DNA of 63,159 nt, filler included, from Octopus bimaculoides (GCF_001194135.2; 7 parts of 7 records of this genome joined end to end with filler, not necessarily neighbours in it), one strand, 5' to 3'; shown: positions 37,569 through 50,755, numbered from the whole stretch's first letter. A program made the numbers and translations. Notes: generated by a model not told the origin, from the letters alone.

Positions 37569-38427
37569 AGATATATCTAGGTATGTTTATAGATGTCTAT
37601 GTAAATGAATATATATGTGTACATACATATGTATAGATGTATGTGAATGTTGCCACTCTTGTGCAAAGCAGATCCAAAATGATACATAACTATACATGTA
37701 TTCGTATGGCTTGAATGGTTAAAAAGTTTTTGTTTCAATAATAATGTACCAGTTTTGATCCCACTACATGGCATCTTGAGCAAATGTCATGTTTTTGGTT
37801 TGATCCATAAGTTGTGAATATGGCAGCCCATTAGATTAACTGTACTTGTAATCCAATCTTGTCACATAGTTTCATTCTGGCTTTTGCCTTGGTTGTACAT
37901 GAAAGGTACACATGTTTGTGCAATACTCAGACACTAATTCATTGAGCATGCGTTTAAACTGCTCAAAGAACTGAACACTCATTGTTGAAATTCTGATCAA
38001 AATTCATTTACCTACACACACATGCATCTATACTATAAAAGGCAAATCTACTCTGTGTGTGTGTGTGTGTGTGTGTATGTTTAAAATTCATACATTTACA
38101 CAATTCCAAATTTCTTCGATTAAACAATCGCAATTAATATTCTAAATACAATTTGTTAGGTCACTGCGTCATTTTTTCACTCCAAAAATTTCCTAATAAC
38201 GAATATAATCCATAAAACTACACGAGTAAACATTTTCTCCCTAATAAAATCTAATTTCCTCTTTCTAATACAGATCCTTTCAACTCCTACTTTCTCTTAC
38301 GAACCTTTACGAAAAATCCAACAACAANNNNNNNNNNNNNNNNNNNNNNNNNNNNNNNNNNNNNNNNNNNNTTAATTAATTAANNNNNNNNNNNNNNNNN
38401 NNNNNNNNNNNNNNNNNNNNNNNNNNN

Positions 38428-38506
38428 GCGCATCATCAACCACGGCATGCCCAGTCCTCCTTTTAACGGGTGTTGGCAGCAAACGGATCGCCTAACCATG
38501 GGAAAT
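38428..38506 (-). mobile_element. Second Tx1-type LINE fragment, 5'-truncated against (GATA)n
   Basis: Encodes VRRSVCCQHPLKGGLGMPWLMMR; homologous to 42385-42455 on the + strand. Confidence 0.7.
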
Positions 38507-38550
38507 AGATAGATAGATAGATAGATCGATAGATAGATAGATAGACAGAC

Positions 38551-38585
<35 letters not shown>

Positions 38586-38806
38586 CAGTTAAGTGTATGA
38601 CTGGCTGGCTGGATTGATGGGTAGTAAAATACGGAGGAGAGAGAGGGTGAGAAGGGTAATTTTTCTTATGCTTGAGTAATACTGTTGTTGTTATTACGGT
38701 TGTCATTGTTTTTTTGTAGTGTTTATTGTTTTGCTTGTTATTGCTTCCATTGTAGCTTTGTTTATTATCATCATCATCATCATCATCATCGTTATTATTA
38801 TTATTA

Positions 38807-38865
<59 letters not shown>

Positions 38866-39199
38866 CCCAAATTTGTTGTCTCCGCTGATCTCATTCACAT
38901 TTCCTTCGCAATATCTATTATTCGTTATCCTCCTACCCACAGGGTCTCGCTCGACCCCACCGTCTTTTTCATCATCAAGACATCACCCCCTCCTTTCTCT
39001 CTCCCTCCTCCTCTCTCTTCCCCTCTCTCCCTCTCTCTTTTTCTCTCCTTTCACCGTTGCCTCATCCTTTTCTACCACATCATTTTAATACATCCATATT
39101 CCTTCTCTTATTCTGCTACAGTTGAAAGCAGAGTAGAAGGAAATATCGGTAATAGTAGAGGTGAGGGTATCAACAGTAGAAGTGGCTACAACTTCACCA

Positions 39200-42100
39200 C
39201 CACCAACAACAACAACACCAGCAACAGTAACAACAACAACAACAACATCAACGACGACGACGACGACGACAACAAAAACAACAAAAACAAATGGTTTTCT
39301 GATGTAACGAAGACAAAGAGAGAAATGTTTGCCACCGCACTCGATGACAAAACACGTGAACTCTCAAAAGCGAAAGACATTATTAAATTTGAGGTGGGTA
39401 AGGCAGCCGTGTTCGTACCTCCCGAAATAATAGAGGCAAAAGAGAAGTCAGTTTGTTTTAGATGCATATCACACAAAGTAGGAGAGCTGAAATAGCCTCC
39501 ATCAGTCACGCCGAGAAGGCCCTCAGAGAAATTTTAACAGATGTGGTCGATATACAGAGAGGAAGGCAGTTTGCCAGCATTGACGTCCTCTTTAAAAGTG
39601 AGGACCTCACGTAGAAACACGCAATGTCACTCCGGTGGACTGAGTAGTGGGTCCTGTATCCCTCCTACCTCTCAAACAAAACGACCAGAATTAGGATAAA
39701 TGGCGTGCCACCGGGCGTAAAAGTCTGGTGGAATGTCACCTGCATGATGCAGGATCCAAAGTCATTCCTGGAGGTAAAACGGTGCGGCAGGTAGAATTGT
39801 TGCGGGATCAACTTGGAAATATCAATCCATGTAAAACCAGTTAAATATCGAGAAGATGCCGGACCTGATCCAGCTGCCCAACGTGGTGGATCTGCGTGTC
39901 ATTGTGGANNNNNNNNNNNNNNNNNNNNNNNNNNNNNNNNNNNNNNNNNNNNNNNNNNNNNNNNNNNNNNNNNNNNNNNNNNNNNNNNNNNNNNNNNNNN
40001 NNNNNNNNNNNNNNNNNNNNNNNNNNNNNNNNNNNNNNNNNNNNNNNNNNNNNNNNNNNNNNNNNNNNNNNNNNNNNNNNNNNNNNNNNNNNNNNNNNNN
40101 NNNNNNNNNNNNNNNNNNNNNNNNNNNNNNNNNNNNNNNNNNNNNNNNNNNNNNNNNNNNNNNNNNNNNNNNNNNNNNNNNNNNNNNNNNNNNNNNNNNN
40201 NNNNNNNNNNNNNNNNNNNNNNNNNNNNNNNNNNNNNNNNNNNNNNNNNNNNNNNNNNNNNNNNNNNNNNNNNNNNNNNNNNNNNNNNNNNNNNNNNNNN
40301 NNNNNNNNNNNNNNNNNNNNNNNNNNNNNNNNNNNNNNNNNNNNNNNNNNNNNNNNNNNNNNNNNNNNNNNNNNNNNNNNNNNNNNNNNNNNNNNNNNNN
40401 NNNNNNNNNNNNNNNNNNNNNNNNNNNNNNNNNNNNNNNNNNNNNNNNNNNNNNNNNNCACCACCACCAAAAAAAAGAAAGCTCACGGCAACCAATACAG
40501 AAACTCCCATTTACGTACTCGTGAGGAGAGCCAACAAAACTTTGGTGGCTCTCATAGCCAGAAACAAGGGGATTGAGAGAGAGGGTGCAATTTACATCAG
40601 CACCCTTAGAGTTCTGGATCACTTAATGTTAATTCGGCTACCTCTAAAATTTTACAAATACATTCAGTGGAATTTCCCACACAATGTTGGAAGGCCGAAC
40701 GTCCGTGCCACAAAGAGGAACCACGACCGGGTCAACGGGCTGCCAACAGCTCCATGAGGTTAAGTAACCCCACTCTTTTGCAACAGATGGTGGATAGCCC
40801 TGAAAAGGGCCATTAGAGTAGAGGCGGTAGGCTTTAGTAAGGAAATAGCATTAGAGGAATCTAGGTTGTAAGGAGACCTAGTTACGAAGTTAGAAGAGCG
40901 CTTAGGAAAGGCATAGCGACCGACGCGCTAGCGGCGAGATTGGCTCTTGATCAATTCTTCAATGCCAAAGTTGCGTTATCAGAGCTAGGGCGCATACACT
41001 GCGACGGGAGGCGACGAAAGCCGTTAGATGGGCCCAGGTGCCATAGGCGTTATGTGGAAACAAAACAACAATTCGGTCTTTGGCGAGCTGTGATGGGCGC
41101 GTGATAACCGATTCCAAGCAGGATGTGCGGAATTTCAGCAGCACTTCCCCGAACTGTATGGGGCGCGCGGTGGTTCTGGGACTGTGATGGATTTCACCTC
41201 CCATCTCAGTGGCATGCTACGCCTCTCAGCCAGGGATGTGGAGTTCGCAATGAAGGCCTGTGCAAGAAGTAATTCACCTGGGTAGGATTGTCTGCCCTTG
41301 AGCTTTATTTTCATATGCCAGACTTGCTTGTAGGTCTCTTGGCAGACGTCTACAACTGGCAGCAGAACGGGAGGATTCCCAGTGTTGTGAGCCGTGGAGT
41401 GATGGTGCTGTTGAGGAAGGACGCGAACAAGGGGGACAAAATTGATAATCTCAGGCCTATAACCCTGCTGAATGCAGATTATAAGATTTTGGCCAAGTTA
41501 TTAGCCAAGTGATTGGCGTTTGTCGTCGATAAGTTAGTTGGTGACGCGCACACATGCGCTATCTCAAACAGAACTATCCACGACAACCTCAACCTCACGC
41601 GCTACATCATAGAGAGGGTGGGTAAGGAACATGGCATGGATGGGGCCCTGGTCAATTTGGATCAGTCGAAAGCGTTTGATAAAGTCGACCACCAATACTT
41701 GGAGGCTGTTTTGCGGCAGCGGATTTTGGTCCCGTTTTCAGCGACATCTGTTCAGTGGTCAAAGTAAACGGATATCTATCGGAATCGTGTAACATCGTTT
41801 GTTCGGTCTGTCTAGGATGCCCACTCTCGCCTCTTCTGTACGTACTGGCTCTCGAGCCATTGCTGCGGAAGCTGTACGTTTCAAGGGGCATACTGCGTGA
41901 TCAATGATGTGGTAGTTTCGTATCGGCCTACGCGGACGACGTCACCGTAATAGTGTCGAACACCTCGGAAATGGAGGTGGTCTGCTCTGCTCTGCTCTTA
42001 GGGATTACGAAGCGGTGACAGGAGCAAAGATCAACCAGGAGAAGTTGGTGGGTCTGTATTTCGGCACCTGGATAGGTAGGTCCATGCCAACCGACAGCGT

Positions 42101-43548
42101 CGTAGGGCACTGAACGGATGGACCCGTTAAATTGTTCGGGGTCTGGATTGGTTTACACCTTCAGGTGCACAAGAACTAGGGGGAGGTGACGAACAAGGTA
42201 GCCAATCTTACCCAGAAATGGGCAGAGAGGAAGCTGTACCTGAAGGGTCGGGTGGAGGTGGCGAATACGTATATCAGTTCTGTCATCTACTACTGCCTGA
42301 CCATCGTCCCTTGCCCCATTTCGTCCCTGATAAAGTTAGATCGCTTGCTCTTCAACTTTCTATAGAAGGGACGTATTCCGCTCGTAAGACGGTCCATTTG
42401 CTGTCAATAGCCGCTGAGTGGAGAACTGAGTATGCCGTGGCTAATGATGCGCAGACATGCGCTGAGACAGCGACATCTCTAACGTTTCCTTAACAGTGAG
42501 TAGGTGTGGCCGCAGTTCGTCAAATGGGAATTTCCGCAGCCCGTCTCATTGATAGAACTACAGTCCTGAGTCAAGCGTAGACCAAGACAGGGCGCTCGGC
42601 ACCTGGAGTGTTGTACTCATAGATTTCTGCCAGTCGGGCAACGCGGTCGGTGGAAATTCCACTATGGAGTTCTATAAGGAAAGAGCAATAACGTCCTTGG
42701 AGAAACTCTAAGCGTCGGGAGGGATCGACTAAGTGGTCTTTTCCGGAGGACTTTCGGACCAGGGCCTATGGATAACTTCCAGAAATTCCTGACCTGACAG
42801 TGCTACTGGGGAGCTCTGCCGCTTCGGGACAAGCTCTACAGATACGGAAGTGTTGTCAGGCAAACCTGTCGAAGGTGTGCGCAGAGCAATGAAACCGTCT
42901 TGCATACACTCGTCCAGTGTCCGTGCATTACTGACTGATGGAGCTTTGTCGAACAGCTGTTGTCACGTGTAGGATGGATCCGGTTATCAGCCGAGATCAT
43001 TGTGAAGTGCGCCCCGCCGCCTTCTTTTACCCGTGAGGGAAAGGCAGTTTTCCTCTGCCTGATGGCTATGGCGAAAGAGGTGGTATGGTGAACGAGGCTG
43101 AAAGGACTGAAGACAGACACTTTCCACTTCGGCCGACACCTCATCGACGTTTTCAAGTTCCACTTGAAAAGGAAAGTGAGGGTACAGAGGGAAGTACTGC
43201 CCCACCCCATCCTTTAATTTTGTTGAAAGGTAGGTGAATGTTGCGAAAATGGCTCGTGTGAATGGGCTGACTCTGAATATTCGTCTGTAAGCTGCAGCAG
43301 TTGAGGAGAAGAGGGGTGTCTACCAGGCGTGCCCTTGGCAGTCGGGGTGACCAGGATGTATGGAGTGCCCTGGTTGGCCCTGGGTAGAACTCCCCGCCTA
43401 CTGGTAAATTTTGTTGTAAGATTTTTGTTAACTGTTTTTTTTTTGTTTTTTATTATTTACACGATTTCTATTTTAAACCTCACTTATCCCTTGTTTTGTG
43501 TTGTCCCTAATTGTTTTTGTGTTCAGCCCTTGTGACCAATAAAGAAGG
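39200..43548 (+). mobile_element. Tx1/L1-clade non-LTR retrotransposon, near full length, decayed (ORF1 + RT)
   Basis: ORF1-like PDLIQLPNVVDLRVIV; RT motifs LRPITLLNADYKILAK, LDQSKAFDKVDH, AYADDVT (~41926-41946); many stops and frameshifts; T-rich 3' UTR ending cccttgtgaccAATAAAgaa. The 5' boundary is approximate. Confidence 0.9.
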
Positions 43549-43549
43549 G

Positions 43550-43605
<56 letters not shown>

Positions 43606-43616
43606 CATCATCATTA

Positions 43617-44075
43617 AGGTGGCTTGCTAGTAGCATCGTCAGCACACCAGGTGAAATGCTTACCGGTATTTCGCCTGTCCATACGTTCTGAGTTCAAATT
43701 CCGCCGTGGTCGACTTTGCCTTTCATCCGTTCATCCTTTGCTTAAATAAGTACCAGTTACGCACTGAGGTTGATATAATCGACTTAATCCGTTTCTCTGT
43801 CCTTGTTTGTCCCCCTCTGTGTGTAGCCCCTTGTGAGCAATAAAGAAATAAGAAATGTTAGCACGCCGGGCGAAATGCTTAGCGGTATTTTGTCTGTCGC
43901 TACGTTCTGAGTTCAGATTCCGCCGAGGTTGCCTTTGCTTTTCATCCTTTCGGTGGTTGGGGGTCGACAAATTAAGTACCAGTTGCGTACCAAATTAAGT
44001 ACCAGTCGATCTAATCGACTGCCCCCCCCCCTCCGCAAAATTTTCGGGCCTTATGCCAGAGTAGAAAAGATTATT
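43617..44075 (+). mobile_element. Dimeric SINE family B
   Basis: Tail-A monomer (..agccccttgtgagcaataaagaaata) followed by a tail-B monomer (..gggccttatgccagagtagaaaagattatt). Confidence 0.85.
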
Positions 44076-44104
44076 ATTATTATTATCATCATCATCATCA
44101 TCAT

Positions 44105-44325
44105 TAAAGTAACTTGCTGGTAGTATCGTCGGCACGCTGGACGAAATACTTAGCGGTATATCGTCCATCCATACGTTCTGACTTCAAATCCCGCTGAGGC
44201 CAACTCTGCCTTTCATCCTTTAAGGGACGATAAAATAAATGCCAGTTGAACACTGAAGTCGATGTAATCGACTCATCTCTTCACCCAGAATTGCTGCCCT
44301 TGTGGCAAAATTTGAAACCATTATT
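44105..44325 (+). mobile_element. SINE family B, directly after the previous copy's tail
   Basis: gttctgacttcaaatcc..ctgcctttcatcc..gtcgatgtaatcgact..gcccttgtggcaaaatttgaaacc. Confidence 0.8.
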
Positions 44326-44984
44326 GTTGTTGTAACTACTTCTACTAACATTAGTACTACTATAGTAATGTACAATGGTTGTGGAAGTGATAGAGAAAAA
44401 AAGTCTTTTCGGAAATTGCCAAAACTATGAAAAGGAAGACAATAATATGGAAAGAGTGAGGAAAACGAACGATATATAAAAGTGACAAAGAATTTCACGA
44501 AAAAGGTTTATTATTTTTCTGCAATGAAAGAGAGTGAGTAACAGAAACAGCAATACAATAAGGTGAATTCTTTTTTTTTTTCCACAAGGAAAAAACAAAG
44601 CAAGAACAATATTACAATTACTATAGTTTTGCAAGGATGAATCTTTGACTTTTGTCTTGGAGAAACAAGAATATTTTTGACAAACAATTTTACGGTTCTA
44701 TGAATTCACAGTCACAAAAGAAAATTTTAGTCAGCTATAGTTTGTTTTTATAACAGTTAATTCAACATATTTGTCGTTTTCTGAATAACTATTGTTTACT
44801 TGTTAACAGTTGATTTGGTAACAAATCGGTCTAATGGGAAAAAACAAGAGTTGTGTTGTTTAAGAATTTTGTTTCAAAATTATGTGATTCTAGGTTCGAT
44901 TCTAGAGCGAGGTACCTTGAACATTTTTCTTCTACTGCTTCTCCTTTGAATGACCAACATAAATCTGATGTATAGAAAAGACTC

Positions 44985-45133
44985 GTGGTAAGAAGTTTCC
45001 TTCTTACCCATATGATTCCGGGTTCAGTTCCACTGCGTGGCACATTGGGCAGGTAAGTATCTTCTATTATAGCCTCGGGCCGAATAAAGTTTTGTAAGTG
45101 GATTTGGTTGACGAAAACTGAAAGAAGCCCGTC

Positions 45134-45137
<4 letters not shown>
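44985..45137 (+). mobile_element. SINE family C, 5' half
   Basis: gtggtaagaagttt..gggttcagttccactgcgtggcacattgggc..gaaagaagcccgtcg. Confidence 0.8.
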
Positions 45138-45168
<31 letters not shown>

Positions 45169-45275
45169 NNNNNNNNNNNNNNNNNNNNNNNNNNNNNNNN
45201 NNNNNNNNNNNNNNNNNNNNNNNNNNNNNNNNNNNNNNNNNNNNNNNNNNNNNNNNNNNNNNNNNNNNNNNNNNN

Positions 45276-45303
<28 letters not shown>

Positions 45304-45309
<6 letters not shown>

Positions 45310-47162
45310 GTTTCAAATTCTTAAGGACGTAGCATTTTTTTAATTTAATTTAAAAACTACTCGTTGGAATTCAACAAAATTTTGACAGAATGATGGCAAC
45401 AGTTATATGTGTGTAGTGTGTAAAAGATGTGAGGTTCTGTAGAACAATACGGAAACTACGGCCATTTACCAAATTTACGTAAACTTTCATTGTTTCAAAT
45501 TATTAGCGAGGTGTAATTAAAATTCATGTAAACAGGTAAATGCCAGTCTAATTGCTTGTACATACTGAAATGAATACATTCAGTCATAAACATGGAGGAA
45601 ATGGAAATAATCAAATAAGCAGCGATCAAAAATGATAGGTGAGCTGTTTAGTAAGGGATATATGAGCGTTTGTTTGAAATAAGTAGGAAAAAGCACTGGT
45701 CCATGGAACATGCTAATTTCTGGATCTCCTCTGATGTTATACAACTAGATACATACACTGTGAAGGCGCAATGGCCCAATGGTTAGGGCATTGAACTCGC
45801 GGTCATAGGATCGCGGTTTCGATTCCCAGACCGGGCGTTGTGAGTGTTTATTGAGCGAAAACACCTAAAGCTCCACGAGACTCCGGCAGGGGGTGGTGGC
45901 GAACTTTACTCTTTCTTCCTGTTTCTGTTGTGCCTGTAATTTAAAGGGTCAGCCTTGTCACACTGTGTCACGCTGAATCTTCCCGAGAACTACGTTAAGA
46001 GTACACGTATCTGTGGAGTGCTCAACCACTTGCACGTTAATTTCACGAGCAGGCAGTTCCGTTGATCGGATCAACTGGAACCCTCGACGTCGTAAGCGAC
46101 GGAGTGCCAACAACAACAACATACACTATTGTTCCTCTTTGCTCATAAATCGGCGTCCATTCTCGTAAACTCGTTGCTTTAGAATACTCCGCAAATTTTC
46201 TACTGGGTTTAAGTCGTAGAACAGGCAAGGCCACTTCATCTTCAGAGGTCCACAGAAGCCTAATTGTTGCAGATACTCTGTAGTTTTCTTCGCTGAGTGC
46301 GAAGGCGCATTATCTTACATGACTATTATGGTTGTTTTGAAGGTGATCCTTTGCTTGTTTAACCAAGGTCCAAAGTGCTCCCTCAGAAAGGCCATGTTAG
46401 CATCTGCATTCATTTTAACACCGCCAGGCACCTTCCAAGGACCAGTCATAATACATCCAATAATACCTGCCCAAATCATGTAGTCGTCTCAAGCGTTGAT
46501 GAAAATCTTGTCCATTTACAACCCATTCCTTGCTCCAACCATCAGGTCCATCAAGGTTAACACAAATTTCGGCCATAAACAAAACTTTTGTCGACCCTCG
46601 TGTTATTTTGTCGACCCTCATGTTATCTTCTGCCCATTTCATACGATTTTGTATGTGTATTTTGTTTCGCCAATACACTTGAGAAGTTCTCCATCATCTA
46701 AGACTTGGCTTCTTTAGAGCTTCATGCTTAATTCGTGACAGAGAACATTGAGAAACAGCCCCCGACTGGCCCTTGTCGGCTTTCTGACGTATCTTCGTAA
46801 GAGGTGTAACAAATTTTTTCTCAGTTTGGTGATAACTTTCAATTATTTTAGATATTTCTAATGTTTACCTTTTGCAAGTTCATGAGTAATAACAGATTTC
46901 TCTGAAACGGTTAAGTCACTTTTACGACCCATAATTACACGATTATTAGACCACTCGTTCTTAATTTGGAACACTGAAAGATAATGAAAATCATGCAAAC
47001 GACCGCAGTTCGTTTACACTTGTGAAAAAGCTTCGTTTTTTTTACGCACCAAACGTATATAACTGTTGCCATCATACTGTGGAAATTTCATTGAATTCCA
47101 ACGAGTAGTTTTTAAATAAAATTTTAAAACGTGTTCCGTCGTTAATAATTCAAAACGCATTG
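45304..47162 (-). mobile_element. Tc1-family DNA transposon with ~150-bp TIRs and decayed transposase
   Basis: 45304-~45460 matches the reverse complement of ~47010-47162 (tttaaaaactactcgttggaattca..tgatggcaacagttata); TA at 47163-64; transposase RMKWAEDNM..KVLF..NLDGPDGWSKEW. Confidence 0.85.
45760..46118 (+). mobile_element. SINE family A, full length, inserted in the Tc1 element
   Basis: A box tggcccaatgg, B box ggtttcgattcc; (CAA)n tail; 9-bp TSD acatacact (45751-59 / 46119-27). Confidence 0.9.
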
Positions 47163-47211
47163 TATGTATATATTTATTTATTTATACATGTGCGCACGCG
47201 TGTGCATATAC

Positions 47212-47250
<39 letters not shown>

Positions 47251-47254
47251 TGTG

Positions 47255-47359
47255 CGTATGTCGTTGTGTCTGTGTGTCGTTGTGTCTGTATTTGTCTCTC
47301 CCAATACTACTTGACAGCCGGTATCTTTACGTCCTCGTAACTTGGTGGTNNNNNNNNNN

Positions 47360-47404
<45 letters not shown>

Positions 47405-47650
47405 CATACAAACATACAGAGATACACACTCACACACACACACACACACATACACACACATACACACACACATTCATATGTATATATATATATCATTTCT
47501 CTTTTATTTGTCTCAGTCTTTGGACTGCGGCCATGCTGAGGCTCTGCAAATTGGACCCTGTTCTTATTTTTAAGCTTCGTAATTATTCAATCGGTTTCTT
47601 TTTGCCGAACTGCTAGTTAACCGGAACGTAAACAAACGTTATCAAGCGAT
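47255..47650 (-). mobile_element. SINE family C tail fragments interleaved with microsatellites
   Basis: cttgacagccgg..ttacgtcctcgtaact; gactgcggccatgctg; tttgccgaactgctagtt. Confidence 0.55.
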
Positions 47651-47679
47651 GATACGAGATGAATATAAACACACATATA

Positions 47680-47944
47680 TGTATGTATGTGTGTGTATGT
47701 ACGTGTGTATGTATGTATGTATGTATGTATGTATGTATGTATGTATGTATGTGTGCATGCATGTATGTATGTATGTATGTACGTATGTGTGTATGTATGT
47801 ATGTGTGTATGTATGTATGTATGTATGTATGTATGTATGTATGTGTGTATGCATGTATGTATGTATGTATGTATGTATGTGTGTATGTATGTATGTATGT
47901 ATGTATGTATGCAGGTGTGGAGGCGCAATGGCCCAGTGGTTAGG
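47680..47944. repeat. (TATG)n array followed by a family A SINE head running into a gap
   Basis: Direct reading; gtggaggcgcaatggcccagtggttagg at the gap edge. Confidence 0.85.
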
Positions 47945-49441
47945 NNNNNNNNNNNNNNNNNNNNNNNNNNNNNNNNNNNNNNNNNNNNNNNNNNNNNNNN
48001 NNNNNNNNNNNNNNNNNNNNNNNNNNNNNNNNNNNNNNNNNNNNNNNNNNNNNNNNNNNNNNNNNNNNNNNNNNNNNNNNNNNNNNNNNNNNNNNNNNNN
48101 NNNNNNNNNNNNNNNNNNNNNNNNNNNNNNNNNNNNNNNNNNNNNNNNNNNNNNNNNNNNNNNNNNNNNNNNNNNNNNNNNNNNNNNNNNNNNNNNNNNN
48201 NNNNNNNNNNNNNNNNNNNNNNNNNNNNNNNNNNNNNNNNNNNNNNNNNNNNNNNNNNNNNNNNNNNNNNNNNNNNNNNNNNNNNNNNNNNNNNNNNNNN
48301 NNNNNNNNNNNNNNNNNNNNNNNNNNNNNNNNNNNNNNNNNNNNNNNNNNNNNNNNNNNNNNNNNNNNNNNNNNNNNNNNNNNNNNNNNNNNNNNNNNNN
48401 NNNNNNNNNNNNNNNNNNNNNNNNNNNNNNNNNNNNNNNNNNNNNNNNNNNNNNNNNNNNNNNNNNNNNNNNNNNNNNNNNNNNNNNNNNNNNNNNNNNN
48501 NNNNNNNNNNNNNNNNNNNNNNNNNNNNNNNNNNNNNNNNNNNNNNNNNNNNNNNNNNNNNNNNNNNNNNNNNNNNNNNNNNNNNNNNNNNNNNNNNNNN
48601 NNNNNNNNNNNNNNNNNNNNNNNNNNNNNNNNNNNNNNNNNNNNNNNNNNNNNNNNNNNNNNNNNNNNNNNNNNNNNNNNNNNNNNNNNNNNNNNNNNNN
48701 NNNNNNNNNNNNNNNNNNNNNNNNNNNNNNNNNNNNNNNNNNNNNNNNNNNNNNNNNNNNNNNNNNGTGTGTATGTATGTATAATTGCGTATGTATGTAT
48801 ATATGTATGTATAAGTGCGTATGTATGTGTGCATGTATGTATGTATAAGTGCGTATGTATGTTCTTATATGTGCGTATGCATGTATGTATGAATGTATGT
48901 ATGTATAAGTGCGTATGTATATTTGTATGTATGCAGGTGCATATGTATGCATGTATGTATGTATGTATGTACGTATGTATGTACGTATGTATGTACGTAT
49001 GTGCAGATTTGTATGTTTTATGTATGTATTCTCATGCATATAGTTACATATCTAGACATGCTCATATATATTTAAATGATAAACTTCTGGAAAGTTTTAC
49101 AGATTTTTACAGTTCCACTTATGGATTGAATCTGTATTCTTCGAATCAGCTTTCTTCTTTCTGGTTTTGAGAAGCCTAATATCTCAAGATCAATATTTAG
49201 GCAGTGTCTTACATATTCCAGGCCCCCAATAATTACAGGTATAGATTCCTCAATAGTTCAGTGTAGGTTTTCTCTTTTTCATTGATCTTCCTCTTTATGT
49301 TAACATCCGCTAGTATATACGTATAGCTTCTTTCACAGTCTGTCCTCTAAATCCACTCAGAAGGCTTTGTTATGGTAGAAGGCTCAAGTTACACGCATTC
49401 GGTTTAAACCCAAGGCCACGTGGTTGAAAAGCAAGCTTCTT

Positions 49442-49729
49442 TATTTCATAAATTTTGCCATAAAGGCATTACATAGAGGGGACAAACAAAGACAAACAAA
49501 CATAAGGATGAAGCTGCGGGCTGGACACGGACATTAATGAATGAAATGAATACAAAAAGATGAGTAAAAAATGGGAGAGGCACTGGCGCCCGCCGACCGA
49601 CAACCCCTCGAAAACCTTGTTCAATAAAAATCATCAACAAAATCAAATTAAATCAAGTCCTATAGTCCTCCACATCCGGGCCCCCAAGCAAGATTCCTGC
49701 TGCCTGCAGGACAACCCGCAATAGCTGGC
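49442..49729 (-). mobile_element. 5'-truncated L1/Tx1-type 3' UTR inserted into a family C SINE head
   Basis: 16-bp TSD gaaaagcaagcttctt (49426-41 / 49730-45); 3' end ..gtttgtcccctctatgtaatgcctttatggcaaaatttatgaaata. Confidence 0.75.
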
Positions 49730-50594
49730 GAAAAGCAAGCTTCTTACCACACGGTTTTATGTTTGCCGAGATAAACAATACATAAGCNNNNNNNNNNNNN
49801 NNNNNNNNNNNNNNNNNNNNNNNNNNNNNNNNNNNNNNNNNNNNNNNNNNNNNNNNNNNNNNNNNNNNNNNNNNNNNNNNNNNNNNNNNNNNNNNNNNNN
49901 NNNNNNNNNNNNNNNNNNNNNNNNNNNNNNNNNNNNNNNNNNNNNNNNNNNNNNNNNNNNNNNNNNNNNNNNNNNNNNNNNNNNNNNNNNNNNNNNNNNN
50001 NNNNNNNNNNNNNNNNNNNNNNNNNNNNNNNNNNNNNNNNNNNNNNNNNNNNNNNNNNNNNNNNNNNNNNNNNNNNNNNNNNNNNNNNNNNNNNNNNNNN
50101 NNNNNNNNNNNNNNNNNNNNNNNNNNNNNNNNNNNNNNNNNNNNNNNNNNNNNNNNNNNNNNNNNNNNNNNNNNNNNNNNNNNNNNNNNNNNNNNNNNNN
50201 NNNNNNNNNNNNNNNNNNNNNNNNNNNNNNNNNNNNNNNNNNNNNNNNNNNNNNNNNNNNNNNNNNNNNNNNNNNNNNNNNNNNNNNNNNNNNNNNNNNN
50301 NNNNNNNNNNNNNNNNNNNNNNNNNNNNNNNNNNNNNNNNNNNNNNNNNNNNNNNNNNNNNNNNNNNNNNNNNNNNNNNNNNNNNNNNNNNNNNNNNNNN
50401 NNNNNNNNNNNNNNNNNNNNNNNNNNNNNNNNNNNNNNNNNNNNNNNNNNNNNNNNNNNNNNNNNNNNNNNNNNNNNNNNNNNNNNNNNNNNNNNNNNNN
50501 NNNNNNNNNNNNNNNNNNNNNNNNNNNNNNNNNNNNNNNNNNNNNNNNNNNNNNNNNNNTATATATATATATATACATACATACATACATATAT

Positions 50595-50755
50595 ACGAAG
50601 GGCTTCTTTCAGTTTCTGTCTACCAAATCCACTCTCAAGGTTTTGGTCGACCCGAGACTGTAGTAGAAGACACTTACCTAAGGTGACACGCAGTGGGACT
50701 GAACCCGGAACCATGTGGTTGGTAAGCAAGCTACTTACCACACAGTTACTCCTAT
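50595..50755 (-). mobile_element. SINE family C, 5' half
   Basis: gggcttctttcagtttc..agtagaagacactt..gcagtgggactgaacccggaaccatgtggttggtaagc. Confidence 0.85.

Noticed and set aside
45760-45835. tRNA gene calls for SINE heads (also 14830-14901, 6200-6278)
   Set aside because: A and B boxes are present but acceptor stems are broken and they continue into repeat bodies.
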